From: Gekko japonicus
Lineage: Eukaryota
DNA: 60,113 nt
Assembly (NCBI RefSeq): GCF_001447785.1
Contig: NW_015163644.1
Span: 138,158 to 198,270, forward strand
Direction: 5' to 3'
Part shown: positions 26,022-37,703 of the stretch, in pieces
Layout: every line of letters starts with the position of its first letter
How positions within the stretch are numbered: position 1 is the stretch's first letter
Made by a program: the position numbers and the translations under genes
Notes under the pieces: generated by a model
What the model was told of the DNA's origin: nothing
The model's input: the letters and a program-made list of their open reading frames with translations, nothing else
The model's database searches: none

Positions 26022-26340
26022 GGGGGTAGCCATGTTGACCTGCAGTAGAACAGCTAGTTTCAAGTCCAGTGCTACTGGACTTGAATCTAGCTATAGCACT
26101 GTCTGTAAAGCATTTCACAGAGGTAACTGAGTGTAGCTCCTGTAGCTTTACCAAAACAGACACCCTTTTTTGCTGTCTTCAGGGGTCGCCATGTTGACCT
26201 GCAGTAGAACAGCTAGTTTCAAGTCCAGTGCTACTGGACTTGAATCTAGCTATAGCACTGTCTGTAAAGCATTTCACAGAGGTAACTGAGTGTAGCTCCT
26301 GTAGCTTTACCAAAACAGACACCCTTTTTTGCTGTCTTCA
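26022..26340. repeat. 159-bp tandem duplication beginning at a 73-nt Penelope-derived hairpin insert
   Basis: gccatgttgacc occurs at 26029 and 26188; both units end ...gctgtcttca. Confidence 0.9.
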
Positions 26341-29300
26341 CTGTATCTTAAGGATACTTTTTAAAGATGGAAAGCTGCATTGGGTTTTTTTTAAAAAATG
26401 TGCACCAATAGCTAAATGGAAGGACAAGCAATATGAAATATAGCAGGTATCTACAATAAAACTTTGTGTGTTATGTTGAGTTTTTGTATGGAGTAGCCAT
26501 GTATGACGATCTGGCCCTCTGTGTTCCCTCACACGCAGGATTTTCCTTTCTGTCTTCATTCTTGCTGAGCAGCCCCTTTATTTTCTTCTAATTTGTTTGT
26601 CTATGGCTATCCAACCCACTCATGCCATACACACACAGACACAATATTGATGTTGGCCCAGCCCAGGGAACTGAGGGAAGAGACAAAATCACCTGCTATT
26701 CTACTTTGGAAATGGCACACTAGAGGCTTTTGAAAGTTCAAAATAAACAAAATGTTTTATTTAACTTGGAGGAGAATAGGTCAGGTAGAATTGGGTAGGA
26801 TGCATGAGGTGAACAGATGATAAAACTGATATAAGTTTGTATTCACACAAACACCAGATAATTTCGTTGCCAACAAGTAAGTGTTTCTGCTATTCAACAA
26901 GGTTTTTAAAACTTTGAGGAGAGAGGCTTTATTTTTCAGTTTCTGCTTAACCACTCACGCATAGGTTTCTGAGTTTCACTGACATGTGAACTTTAGAAGG
27001 CAGGAACATACAACCAAGTTCCCAGAATACTTCCTTATACATAGACCAGGGATCACTCCTCTTTTCTAGGAGCTATTTCCCTTTTAACTGAGCAGATATC
27101 CTTTCTCTTTACTAAAAGCAATTTCCTCTTTTTTTCTTGCTTGAATGAGGATCTCCCTTGATCCACTCACTCTCTTCGCTTCCTTCCCAGTCCACAGTCA
27201 GTGCTTAACAGTGTCTTCTTCAACTGTCAATCCTCAAATGTCATTCCTTAACTGACTCTCTCAACAGAATTCTGTTGGAACAGCCTGTCACTCAAAGGCA
27301 ATCAGACTCTTAGGCATTAACCCTTGACGGTCCATCACATCATGCCTGTCTTGTGCAGTCTTGCAGTTAACCAGTTGTCCAAAGTGAACAATTATTCTTT
27401 CCAGATCAATTGATGAAACTTACTTCACTTTGACCTTTTTTGTATTTATCTACAAGTCTATAGTAGAGGCAAAACACCCAAAAGGGGTACATCTGAGATC
27501 ATTCAGATAGCCACTGTTATTTACAGATAATTTATGCAGATAGATAAGTTAACACAGGCATTACATAATGGCTTCTATTGATATTTTAAATCCAAAGGAT
27601 CGATATAATGCACTGCTGTTTAAGATAAATAAAAATAGTAAGGTCAGTGTAGCTCTAGGAAGTTCCTAAATCTACAGAGGTAACCTGGGGTGGAGTGGGG
27701 TGATAGCATTCCCCCATTTCTTGTCAATGGTACAGTTCACTCTGTGCCCAGAGTTGACATCATCTCTGCACATCCAGTTTAATGGCTGAACAGCATGAAA
27801 CTGGCAGGCTAGCTTGTCAAGGAATCTGTACAGGTGGCTGGGATCCTTCATCAATTCTTCCGCTGCCCTGAACTTCCTGTGATCTCACATGAGGCAAGCT
27901 CAGTGAAAAGCATACAAATGGTAGCAATAGAAAAGAGAAGCTGGACAGGATTAGAAATGACATGAGAGATTGTGTTTCATTTTCACAGGGAAAATAGAGA
28001 TCACTTGGCTATGGTAATAAAGCTATAGTTTGGGGAGGGGGTCCCCTTAACACGTGCATGCTTGTGGAAGGAATCTAATTCATATCTATTAAGTCCAGAG
28101 CTAGGAACATTCGTTATTTTGGGAGAATTAATTTGAATAAACATGTGTGATTGTGAGTACTCTGCTGTGTGAGCAGTGGCCAGTTGGTAGAGGTTACACA
28201 ATCAAATTCTCTCTATCTGATGTGGCCCCAGCAAGTTGAAATGTTGCACCCAACTATTGCTGTTGTTGTTTCCCTGACAAAACTGTTCCGAACTCCTCAG
28301 AGGATGCTTGCACCCTTGTGGTCCCCCCATCCCATCCCATCCCATCCCTGCTTTTCATTAGGCATTTGTTTTTGCCATTTTATGGTAAGAGTAAGAACTA
28401 ACAGAAGCGCTTGACTAACCTTGCTGAGGCTATAGCAGTATACTTTTGGGACCTGAATTCAGAGAAAAAGTTCACCGAGTGTCCATTCCTACACATAGAG
28501 CATATGTTAAAGAATTAGGGGGAAACAGGATCTCTGTTTACATGAAAGGCTGTTCATTCTTCAGGCTGTGCCCGGCTGCATCACAAATAGAGTTCTACAA
28601 GTGGGAGACCCACAAAGACTTGTGGGGGGCATCTCATTTTCCCCTCTTCCACTATTTCTTCTTTCCTTTCTCTGAAAGCCTCTCCCCTTTTCCTGATTCC
28701 TTCTCTCCTTCCCACCCACCAGCCAACTAACCTTTATCACCCCCCCATCCAGATTTACCTCCCCTTGGCAGCCTCTACCTAGGAAAGAAACTATGGCCTG
28801 AATTGCTCAGTGCCAGTTGCCAGTCCTGGCCCAGTTGTGCGGTAGGGAACCCACAAGGATTTGCAGGGAGGAAGCACCTTTTTCCTTTATATCCACCTCC
28901 CCACACACCTTCCCTCCTCCTGGAAAACCCCATATTCTCACCTTTCTCTGCTTTTATACCCTGCCTTGCTCCATAATGGGGACACCAAAGTGTCTTATAT
29001 CATTCTTTTCTGTTTTATCATCCCAGCAACAACCCCCTGAGATATGTTAGGCTGAGAGTATGTGACTGACGCACAGCCACCCAGTGCACTTCCACAGCTG
29101 AGCAGGGATTCAGACCTGTGTCTCCCAGGTCTTAGTCTGACACTGTAACCTATACCACACTAGGCTTTTGTGGAGTAGCAGCTATTGAACAGTAGCAAGC
29201 AGCTAGTCCTGGCTGAGTCATGCAAGTCACGTGGTATCAAGTTGCCTGTTGGTTGCTACCAGGACTGGCCCCATATGTCCTCCTTCAAAAGCCAAAACAC

Positions 29301-31877
29301 TCCTGGAAAGGACACTTCCCCCTCCATCTGCCATTTACTGACAGAAACCAAGGTTTGAAGGCAGGCAATACTGTTGTGGCTTCCTAGTAACTCCCACAGA
29401 AAAGGCATTTAAAGCTACAGGCACAAATTCTATTATGTGAGGGGTTAACCCACCCATTTTAATGTTGTTGTTTTTAATTCAGATTTTTCTGCAAACCTCA
29501 AGCTTTTTCGGGTTTGTAGAAATACCTTTCTTTTCTGTTAATGGCTCCAGTCTTTGGATTTAAGTATCTACAGATTTGGCCATGCTGAGAATTAAATTTA
29601 TTGATGTAAGAGGGAGGGGTTACTTTAAGTGATTTTAAAACGGCATTCAGCTGTTGTTCACTGATGCTCTTTTTTGAATGAATGGTGCATTTACTATTGT
29701 TTCATGTTCTAGTTAATGGACATTAAATTCACTGCTCTTCTGGTCTGTGTGATGTATTGATCCAGTTTTCCCTGTGAACCAAAGCATTGATGAAATTTGA
29801 ATTAAACTAGATTAAACAAACATCATAATGTGCAGTATAATTTTTCCCCATTAACTGGAAAGAGTATGGAGTAGAAGAGACTATGGGATGTCTGCTATAT
29901 AAAGAATGTTTGTTCAATTCAAAGGGGGGGAGTGTTGAAGGCAAAAGTAAATTTCTGTTTGCACATTTCACTAGAAAAACATGTTCTTCCAGAGAAAAGG
30001 CCTGGTTACAAGCTAAATACAAATTAGTTAGTGTACCATTGCTGTTATGATGGAACCAAGAATACATTTATACTCAGCAGCATACAGTTCATGGAGGAAG
30101 AGTATATTTTAGTTTAAGACAAGCAGTTGCAGCAGTTACAGAAATTAGTGTGGGACCACATCCTGAAGATCTGGAGCAATATCAGCATACATGAGCAACT
30201 AGGGGTGCAGTTGTAAGTGTGCATTTGTAGAAACAAGTCTAGCTGTCCCATTCTGCTTGCCCCCTTGTAAGTATAAAAATCCCAGTAAGGGCTTCTACTC
30301 CATTCTGCCTTGGTAATGCCCCACAGAACACACAGCAAGGCCTTTCAGACTGTTTGTGATTTCCACACGCACAATTTCCAGACATGAACCTCAAGAGGAA
30401 GTGGGCTTCTTCAAATGTCATGGCAAACTATGCAGTTCTTTGTCTGCCAATATATGGGAGAAAAGGGGGCAAGCAGTAGAGCATGCATCTTGGGCTGCCA
30501 TTTTGGCACTGGTATAAAATGAAGACTTCTGATCATAAGTCAATGCCATGGAGGGTTTTTTTCCTTGTAATCCTGTGCACAATTTATAGTATATAGTATA
30601 TGTATGATAACTCAGGTACAATAGTATTTTTCTTTTTCTTCATTGACAAGATACAGCTTTGTGGTTCACATTCAAAGATAAACATTTTCTGAGTTCTTCA
30701 ACTGATGGGGAAAATTCTCCTTGTAGTACATATAGGTTTGTTAAAAGAGCTCGCAGATCCCTAAAGATGATTTCTAGTTGTGTGATAATAATGATGATGT
30801 AAACAATTAAAATCTTCAAGTCTAGGTGAGTCAGCTTGTTGCTGTTTGCTTGTACAGGATTTTAGTCTTGAAGCTCTTTTTGATTCAGCTAACGTGTAAG
30901 AATACCTGCTCTGCCCTGTTCTCTCCCAACACATAGCAACCAGAAGAATCTTCCTAAACCTCTCCCACTGCTACCCAAATAGCTGCCTTTTGGAGATGCT
31001 GCGTGGAATCCACCTGAAGCTGCAAGAAACTGTTTGCTCATCTTTGCCAACCAAATGAATGGGCACTAGAAATGAATGTTCAGACAAGTAAGCAAATACT
31101 TCTTAAAAGGGAAAGTAGCTATGCTGAGCAGAACAGCTAAACTAGCTGGTAGGTAGTAAGAACATAAAAAGAGGCCTGCTGGATCAAATCAGTGGTCCAT
31201 CTAGTCCAGCATCCTGTCTCACACAGTGGCCAACCAGTTCCTCTGGAGGTGAACCACAACAGGGCACAGAGGCCACGGCCTTCCCTGGAAGTTGCCTTCT
31301 GGCACTAAGAACATAAGAGACACCAATGTTGGGTCAGGCCAAAGGCCCATCCAACACTTTGTATCACACAGTGACCAGAAATACCAGTGCGTTTCTGTGG
31401 TTTATTCAGTGGTTTATTGCCTTTGAATGTGTAGGTCACCATGTCTAAAAACTGGGGCCATCTCGGTTGTAAGGAGAACCTAAAGACTCCAAACTTGTAG
31501 TGAAGAGTACCTAGTTCAGTGGTTGCATCAACTATAGCACTGGCTTTGTTCCTGTGTCAGCTTCAGCTGATTCTAACAATGATGTTGGTTGCAGCTTTCT
31601 CCTCCCCTTCCACAGTTATCCTGCAGATCTTCTAACACTTTCACATACTAACTAGTTTCAGATAGTCTGGCCAGATACTTCCTACAGCCTGTCTCCTGTC
31701 AAGCTGATGTTAACTGTGTACCTCATGTGTGCTACTGTATTGGATATGAGGGCTATGTGCAGTAGCTGAGAACAAGAACGGAATGTGGCAATAATAAATA
31801 ATAATAATACTTTTGATTTATTGATCGCTTTTCCCCACACACGTGTGGGCTCAGAGCAATTTACAGTTACTCATGAC

Positions 31878-32022
31878 CAGTGTTCCCTCTAAGCTCAGGA
31901 AGGAGGGCTCCAGAGCCAACTAATCTATGCAGCAGCCAAATCGCTCGCTCACAACTTTAATGCCAGTAGCTCACAGATTCGAATTTTTGCTCACAGGACT
32001 CCAGTGCTTAGAGGGAACATTG
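31878..32022. mobile_element. hAT-type MITE
   Basis: TIRs CAGTGTTCCCTCTAAGC / GCTTAGAGGGAACATTG and exact 8-bp TSD CTCATGAC. Confidence 0.88.
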
Positions 32023-32084
32023 CTCATGACATTTGGACTAACAATACTCATGGGGGATAGGGAAGACAACATACAGTATTTTTA

Positions 32085-32510
32085 ATTACACACACATTGT
32101 AGCTGGCCGGAGGATTCGTCTGCGGGCTGGATCAGTCGTGTTCCGATGGCATGTATTCTTGTCAGCTGGCTGATGATGTCAGGGCTTCTTGATGTCGCAC
32201 TGCCACACTGCCACCACCTGGCCGACTCACTCCACTGCAGGGATGCCGAAACAGATCTTTCATCTTTTGATCTTGCCGCGCCACAGAAGTCACACTCGGC
32301 AGCTAACACCTTCCCAAAGGGAGTGGTGTGCCCACCCCCTTACGGGTGGTCCCCAATTTATCTACTTGCCAAAGCTTTCGAATCGCTGGGTAGACGATGA
32401 GCTAGGACAAGGCTTGGTTGCTCACACCAGCATGGGGCTAGAACTGACAAAGCTCGGCAGTTCAGATGTTATAGTTAAGCAGGGGAATTATCCCCTGCGC
32501 CACTGCAAGA
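32085..32510 (-). mobile_element. Divergent Sauria-related SINE
   Basis: Shares accttccca..gtgg..atttatctacttgc..gctttcgaa with the Sauria copies but has a different tail. Confidence 0.5.
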
Positions 32511-32859
32511 GGCACCAAATGTATCTAAAAATCTCAGATTTAACCTAGAAGATTAAAAAAGTTCATAACTCTTACAGCTGTAATGCTTGAAGATAATGGG
32601 CCTAAGAATACAATACGGTGTTTAACTAGTCAGGTTCCCCCTACCAGAATCGCTTTCACTGCAGCCACAGAGCAGTGGTGAGGAACATCATTGTATCAGT
32701 CGGGGGCGGGGATTCAACTTAAGGTCACAATCGGAGAGAGGCAGGGCTCTGTCTTCCCCCTTGCACTGTTTTCCAAAGCCAAAATGGTCGGGGGGGGATC
32801 TGCCCCATTTTGGAGCTACAGGTGCATGGAGTGCTGTATGTGCAGGTCCAAAATGGGGC

Positions 32860-33056
32860 AGATCAAATCACAGCAGACTTATGGCGATCCTATAGGTTGT
32901 TCAAGGCAAAAGACATTCAGAGGTGGTTTGCCATTTGCATAGCAACCCTGGACTTCCTTGGTAGTCTCCCATCCAAGTACCGACCAAGGCAGACCCCGCT
33001 TAGCTTCCTAGATCTGATGATATCAGACTAGCCTGCCTGGGCCATCCAGGTCAGGG
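32860..33056 (-). mobile_element. 5S rRNA-derived SINE with RTE-type tail
   Basis: 5S box A/C-like head and ggcaaaccacctctg...ccttgaa...cgccataagtc tail. A + strand copy lies at about 42150-42330. Confidence 0.7.
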
Positions 33057-33547
33057 CACCCCAAAAGCATACACTAATCCTATTCCTAAATGGAGCCACA
33101 CATTTGGTTACAATGGCAACAAATGATTAGCAGTCTTACTATGGTAGTTAGTGTGCCACCTGGCTTGCCCTAGCCCCTGTTGGGCCTCATTTTTAGTGGA
33201 AATGCAAATGGCTGTCAAGTTAAAATTAAGAAAAGTTGGAGTGAGAAGGGACATGTGGAAATCTGATCCACACTTACCCTAAGACAGCAGAGCACTCGGC
33301 AGCTGCCACTAGTTTTCCTGGGAGTTTTCTTGCTCCTTTGTTGAAAGGCGAGAATTTAAATAATGCATAGGCCTCAATAAAATTCTGTTTTTTTGGTTTT
33401 CTTCACTGATTTTTTTCCTCCTATCCTTATGCAGGAGATACATATGCACATATATATTTATATATGTGTACATACTTATTATATGTTGACCAGTCTCTTT
33501 TCCTGCTTCAGTTTGTAACTTTAATTCACATACTATTCTTGTTCTCA

Positions 33548-33581
33548 TTTATTTTTGTTGCAAATAAACCTTATAAATAAA
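33548..33581. terminator. Candidate poly(A) signals: AATAAA on - (33548-33553, CD226) and on + (33563-33568, 33576-33581)
   Basis: First minus-strand AATAAA I found downstream of the CD226 stops. The plus-strand hexamers are followed by a GT/T-rich tract at about 33625-33655. Confidence 0.45.
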
Positions 33582-34185
33582 TAGTTATAATTGTTAACTA
33601 TAATTTGATGGTAAGAGTCCTTATGTGTGTGGTGGTGGTGTTTCTCTTTTTGTGGTACAGAAAAGCAGAGACTTGACATATGTCAATTTGTTTACCATAT
33701 CAAAGCCTGAACAATCACTTTATAGTGAATAGAAGGAACTCCCAAAAAAGCTATTCATTCTGGGCATAAGGAAAGAGAACGTTTCTGATTTTGTGAACTG
33801 AATTGTGACCAGACAATACATCTCTCGTCACCAACCACAGCCTCATCAAACTGTCAGCCTCTGAAGCCATGAAAGTAGATGATGGCATTTCATCAACTAA
33901 ATACTTGGCTGTAAAACAACTTGAAGGACACTGCCCAGTGTCTCTCATTCCTCTAGGGCACACCTGTTTTCAGACCTAGAGTACAAAGAAAATCTGCTGC
34001 CATCTTCTAATTTCTTGACAGCCAAAGACTTTGCTCTATTTAAATTACCACCTGTTGTATACACCACACCCTGCATGCCTGTGTATGTATATGCATGTGT
34101 ATGCAGAATCTCTTCATTCCTGAATGAACTGGAAGGTAATTGGGGGGAAAGTCACATTAGCTCATTCACAAGGGTAGCAAAAGGG

Positions 34186-34296
34186 TCACACTCGCATTTT
34201 TTGTCCACCTGAGTAGTTGACATAGATCGCCTCCCGTTTTGTGGCAGATGCAGTCATAGTTTCTCTTTCACTTGCATTCATTCGGCCACAGAAGTG
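34186..34296 (-). CDS. CD226: CD226 terminal coding exon, distal duplicate copy B
   Basis: Identical by eye to 34896-35006, including acceptor and stop, offset by 710 bp. Confidence 0.8.
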   Translation of the reverse strand, partial: HFCGRMNASERETMTASATKREAIYVNYSGGQKMRV

Positions 34297-34895
34297 CTAG
34301 GGGGGGGAAATAAGGCATCAGTGAATTGAAGATTGCTATCAGCAAAAGGGTCTCTATTCTCATAACAGAGATTTTCACCATTAGGATTATTTCCAGTGTT
34401 ATGTTTTAAAGCCCATGATGCAATTTCTATGCATTTTTTGTCTGAATATTTGGGAAACACCTTTGTAGTTTGGGGAATGGAGAAGGGGAAAAGTTAGGCA
34501 GAAGACTGAAGGGATGTACTTAACCCCCTACCCTGACAGAAAACCTTTCATGCACCAACCCACATCTGATTTCAATGTGCCACAAGCAGAAAACCGAAGC
34601 AAACTAGATGCCTTTTTCTGGAAATGCCTGAGCAGTATGTTTCATAAAACCATTCATAAATGTGGGCCTATGCTTCACCACTGTTACTAGAGCATACTCA
34701 GCACTAAACGCCCAAGGTGGCCTTATACACCACACCCTGCATGCCTGTGTATGTATATGCATGTGTATGCAGAATCTCTTCATTCCTGAATGAACTGGAA
34801 GGTAATTGGGGGAAAAGTCACATTAGCACATATAGAATCTCAATACAGATCTGTATATACTTGAGGCAAGCTCATTCACAAGGGTAGCAAAAGAG

Positions 34896-35006
34896 TCACA
34901 CTCGCATTTTTTGTCCACCTGAGTAGTTGACATAGATCGCCTCCCGTTTTGTGGCAGATGCAGTCATAGTTTCTCTTTCACTTGCATTCATTCGGCCACA
35001 GAAGTG
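34896..35006 (-). CDS. CD226: CD226 terminal coding exon, proximal copy A (ITT-like IYVNY tail)
   Basis: ttattt(c)n-tag| acceptor, phase 0. Encodes HFCGRMNASERETMTASATKREAIYVNYSGGQKMRV*; the human tail ends EDIYVNY...KTRV. Completes a 1017-nt CDS. Confidence 0.92.
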   Translation of the reverse strand, partial: HFCGRMNASERETMTASATKREAIYVNYSGGQKMRV

Positions 35007-35404
35007 CTAGGGGGGGGAAATAAGGCATCAGTGAATTGAAGATTGCTATCAGCAAAAGGGTCTCTATTCTCATAACAGAGATTTTCACCATTAGGATTAT
35101 TTCCAGTGTTATGTTTTAAAGCCCATGATGCAATTTCTATGCATTTTTTGTCTGAATATTTGGGAAACACCTTTGTAGTTTGGGGAATGGAGAAGGGGAA
35201 AAGTTAGGCAGAAGACTGAAGGGATGTACTTAACCCCCTACCCTGACAGAAAACCTTTCATGCACCAACCCACATCTGATTTCAATGTGCCACAAGCAGA
35301 AAACCGAAGCAAACTAGATGCCTTTTTCTGGAAATGCCTGAGCAGTATGTTTCATAAAACCATTCATAAATGTGGGCCTATGCTTCACCACTGTTACTAG
35401 AGCA

Positions 35405-36250
35405 TACTCAGCACTAAACGCCCAAGGTGGCCTTCTATGTTTGATAAAGGAGGACAACCACAAAAGTAGCTGGGAAAGGTATCTAGATGCTAGACTTGAG
35501 TTATTGGGCTTTCCTCCAACAGTATGGAATAATTTAACTTATCAGCAAAGCAGACCAGAATAAAGGTCATTAATCTTGATCGGGCTAGTACTTTAGCTCG
35601 ATCAAGACGTGTATGTTCCACTCTTGCCTTTGGCATTCCTCCTCTGGAATCTCTTCCTCCATATACTAGATCCCTAAAAACACCTAGTTATAGACACGTT
35701 TTCACTTTTGCTAGGCTTAACTCTTCCCACTGCTGAGTTAACAGGTCGCTTTTCTAAAATCCCATACTCGGATCGCTTATGTAACTGTGAGACTGGAGCT
35801 GTGGAAACACTTGGCCATCTTCTATTATTATGTCATCAGTGGTCGACTCCTAGATCGATTTGGATCACTCCAGTTCTTACCAAACACCGGTTACCTACTG
35901 AACTCTGGGTGGTCCCCTATCTGTTGACAGATACTAATCCTGAAACCACTTATTCTGTCACTAATTTTTTAATGATAGTTTTATCTGTAAAGCGACAAAA
36001 ATCTGGCTTGACCCAACTGTAACAGAATTTGGTATGCACCCAGTTATTATGATTTAAATGGATATTTAAATGAATTATAGTTTTATTAATGACTTCTGTT
36101 TTAACATTTTAGATATTTTAGATTTGATTACTTTGACTGTAAACTTTTATTGTAAAGTTTGTATTATGAGGCTAATGTTGTATATTCATCTTTTATAATT
36201 GAGCTTAAGACCTTTGGTCATAGAAGCTAATAAATATAAGTATAAGCAAG
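35405..36250 (+). mobile_element. 5'-truncated non-LTR retrotransposon (RTE-X-like), 3' end
   Basis: 12-bp TSD GTTACTAGAGCA (35393-35404, 36251-36262), C-terminal zinc knuckle GRF..IP..DRLC.C....VETLGHLLLLC, AT-rich 3'UTR, AATAAA and (TATAAG)n tail. Confidence 0.85.
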
Positions 36251-37090
36251 GTTACTAGAGCAATCCCAAATATTTGTTTGAAATTAGCGTATTGAACACA
36301 GCAAAATTACTAGCTGGTCAAGCATTCATCTCTTTTGGGCAGGCTTTTGTTCCCTTGACTGCTGCTACTACTTCTCAGCACAAAATTTCCTTCTTTGCCA
36401 TGACAGGCAGGAGAATGAATGGTCCTCAACAACATGCAAAAAACCCTCCAGACTGTATATTTATACCATGTCTGATCACCAAAAAACTGCTTTTAAAAAA
36501 ATACAAAACGAACCATGAAAGTACGGAAGCAATTTCAGCTTAGCTCTAATTCTCACTGTGCTATGACCGAGGGTAACAGGTGTACACATGTATTCATGCA
36601 AAGTATCTGCAGGCACAATGGCAAGCACTGTCCTGAGCTTTTGAAAACAATCCTAAAAGGGGGAGGGGCTTCAAAATATGTGCATTAGCTGTCAACCACT
36701 ATCTCCAAGTGGCCCTTCAATTTCCCGTAGCCCAAAGACCCTTTTGCTTGCCCCCTTTCCTGCCCTACTAGTCATTAGAATGAAACAGCACTGTATCAGC
36801 TCACAAACCAGCACTGCCTGATACTGCTTCATGGATGGAAAAGAGATTTCTGTTGTAACTAACTGATCCTCTTTTGCTTCTGATGGAAAATGACAAGACT
36901 GAACAAAGAAGACCAAATCCTCAGGGCCTCAGAATAATAGTGCTGTGTAGCAAAGCATCAAAAGCTGAGAATGTAAGAAAAGCTGAGAATGTAAGTATGT
37001 TGTAATAAGGATAAAAGATAAAATAGAATTCACTCATCCAAAGCCATCCCTGAAACACACACACGTATAACCCCCATAGAAGCGTCTTAC

Positions 37091-37145
37091 CTGGGGCTGA
37101 GTGGTAAGAAAGACTTTTGGCGGCATGATCCTTTTCCTCTTCTTT
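37091..37145 (-). CDS. CD226: CD226 coding exon 5 (basic juxtamembrane segment)
   Basis: (tg)n-tcaccag| acceptor and CAG|gtaaga donor, 55 nt, phase 2-0. Encodes KKRKRIMPPKVFLTTQPQ. Confidence 0.88.
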
Positions 37146-37585
37146 CTGGTGACACACACACACAAAGAAATCATTGCATTTAGTGCTGGGACCAACATAG
37201 GAATTTTTGAGATTATATTCATATAGAGTCCAAGGGAGCAGCTCTTAGAAAAATTCAGAAGTGTGCCTAGTGGATTTTCAGACCTAAACTGAAGCTTTCA
37301 GCTATATTACGTACCTCTGATAGCAACTGATAGTTGAGAAATGGAGAAGAAGCAACTATGCTTCTCCCTCAGCAATATATGACCTTGCCTATCTTTCTCA
37401 AAATGTTTTCTTTTTCGATGGCTAAGCATAAATGGTCTCACCCTCTAAGTCACTGCTGGCATAGACATCAGTGTTAATTACCTAGCTATATAAAGAATAA
37501 AAGAGAAGGTAATATAGCAGTAAGGTCACTGAACAAATACCAGATAAACCTGCCTATATCTCCACAAATCTAACAAACTGCTTAC

Positions 37586-37703
37586 TTCCTATGGTGAACA
37601 ACAGCTGCAGCAATGGACAAGATGAGTATTAGTAGCAAGACGGCAGCTCCAGCTCCAGCACCTCCAGCTATGGCAACGATATTCATCTTGTAATCCGAAG
37701 GAA
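37586..37703 (-). CDS. CD226: CD226 coding exon 4 (stalk + transmembrane)
   Basis: ctttttctcctag| acceptor and |gtaag donor, 118 nt, phase 1-2. Encodes VPSDYKMNIVAIAGGAGAGAAVLLLILILSIAAAVVHHRK. Confidence 0.92.

Larger units (their letters stand above)
34059..35434. repeat. Tandem duplication (666 bp + 710 bp units) spanning the CD226 last exon
   Basis: Units 34059-34724 and 34725-35434, junction ggtggcctt|atacaccacacc. They differ by a 44-bp indel and 2 substitutions seen by eye. Confidence 0.95.

Noticed and set aside
33520-33700. Alternative YVN/YVK-containing last exon for CD226
   Set aside because: The YVN frame is flanked by stops, the other frame reads YVK, and neither has a convincing acceptor. 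The true IYVNY exon is at 34896-35006 / 34186-34296.
34278-35170. Twin 60-aa ORFs MFPKYSDKK...
   Set aside because: Intronic by-products of the tandem duplication, out of frame with the CD226 exon.
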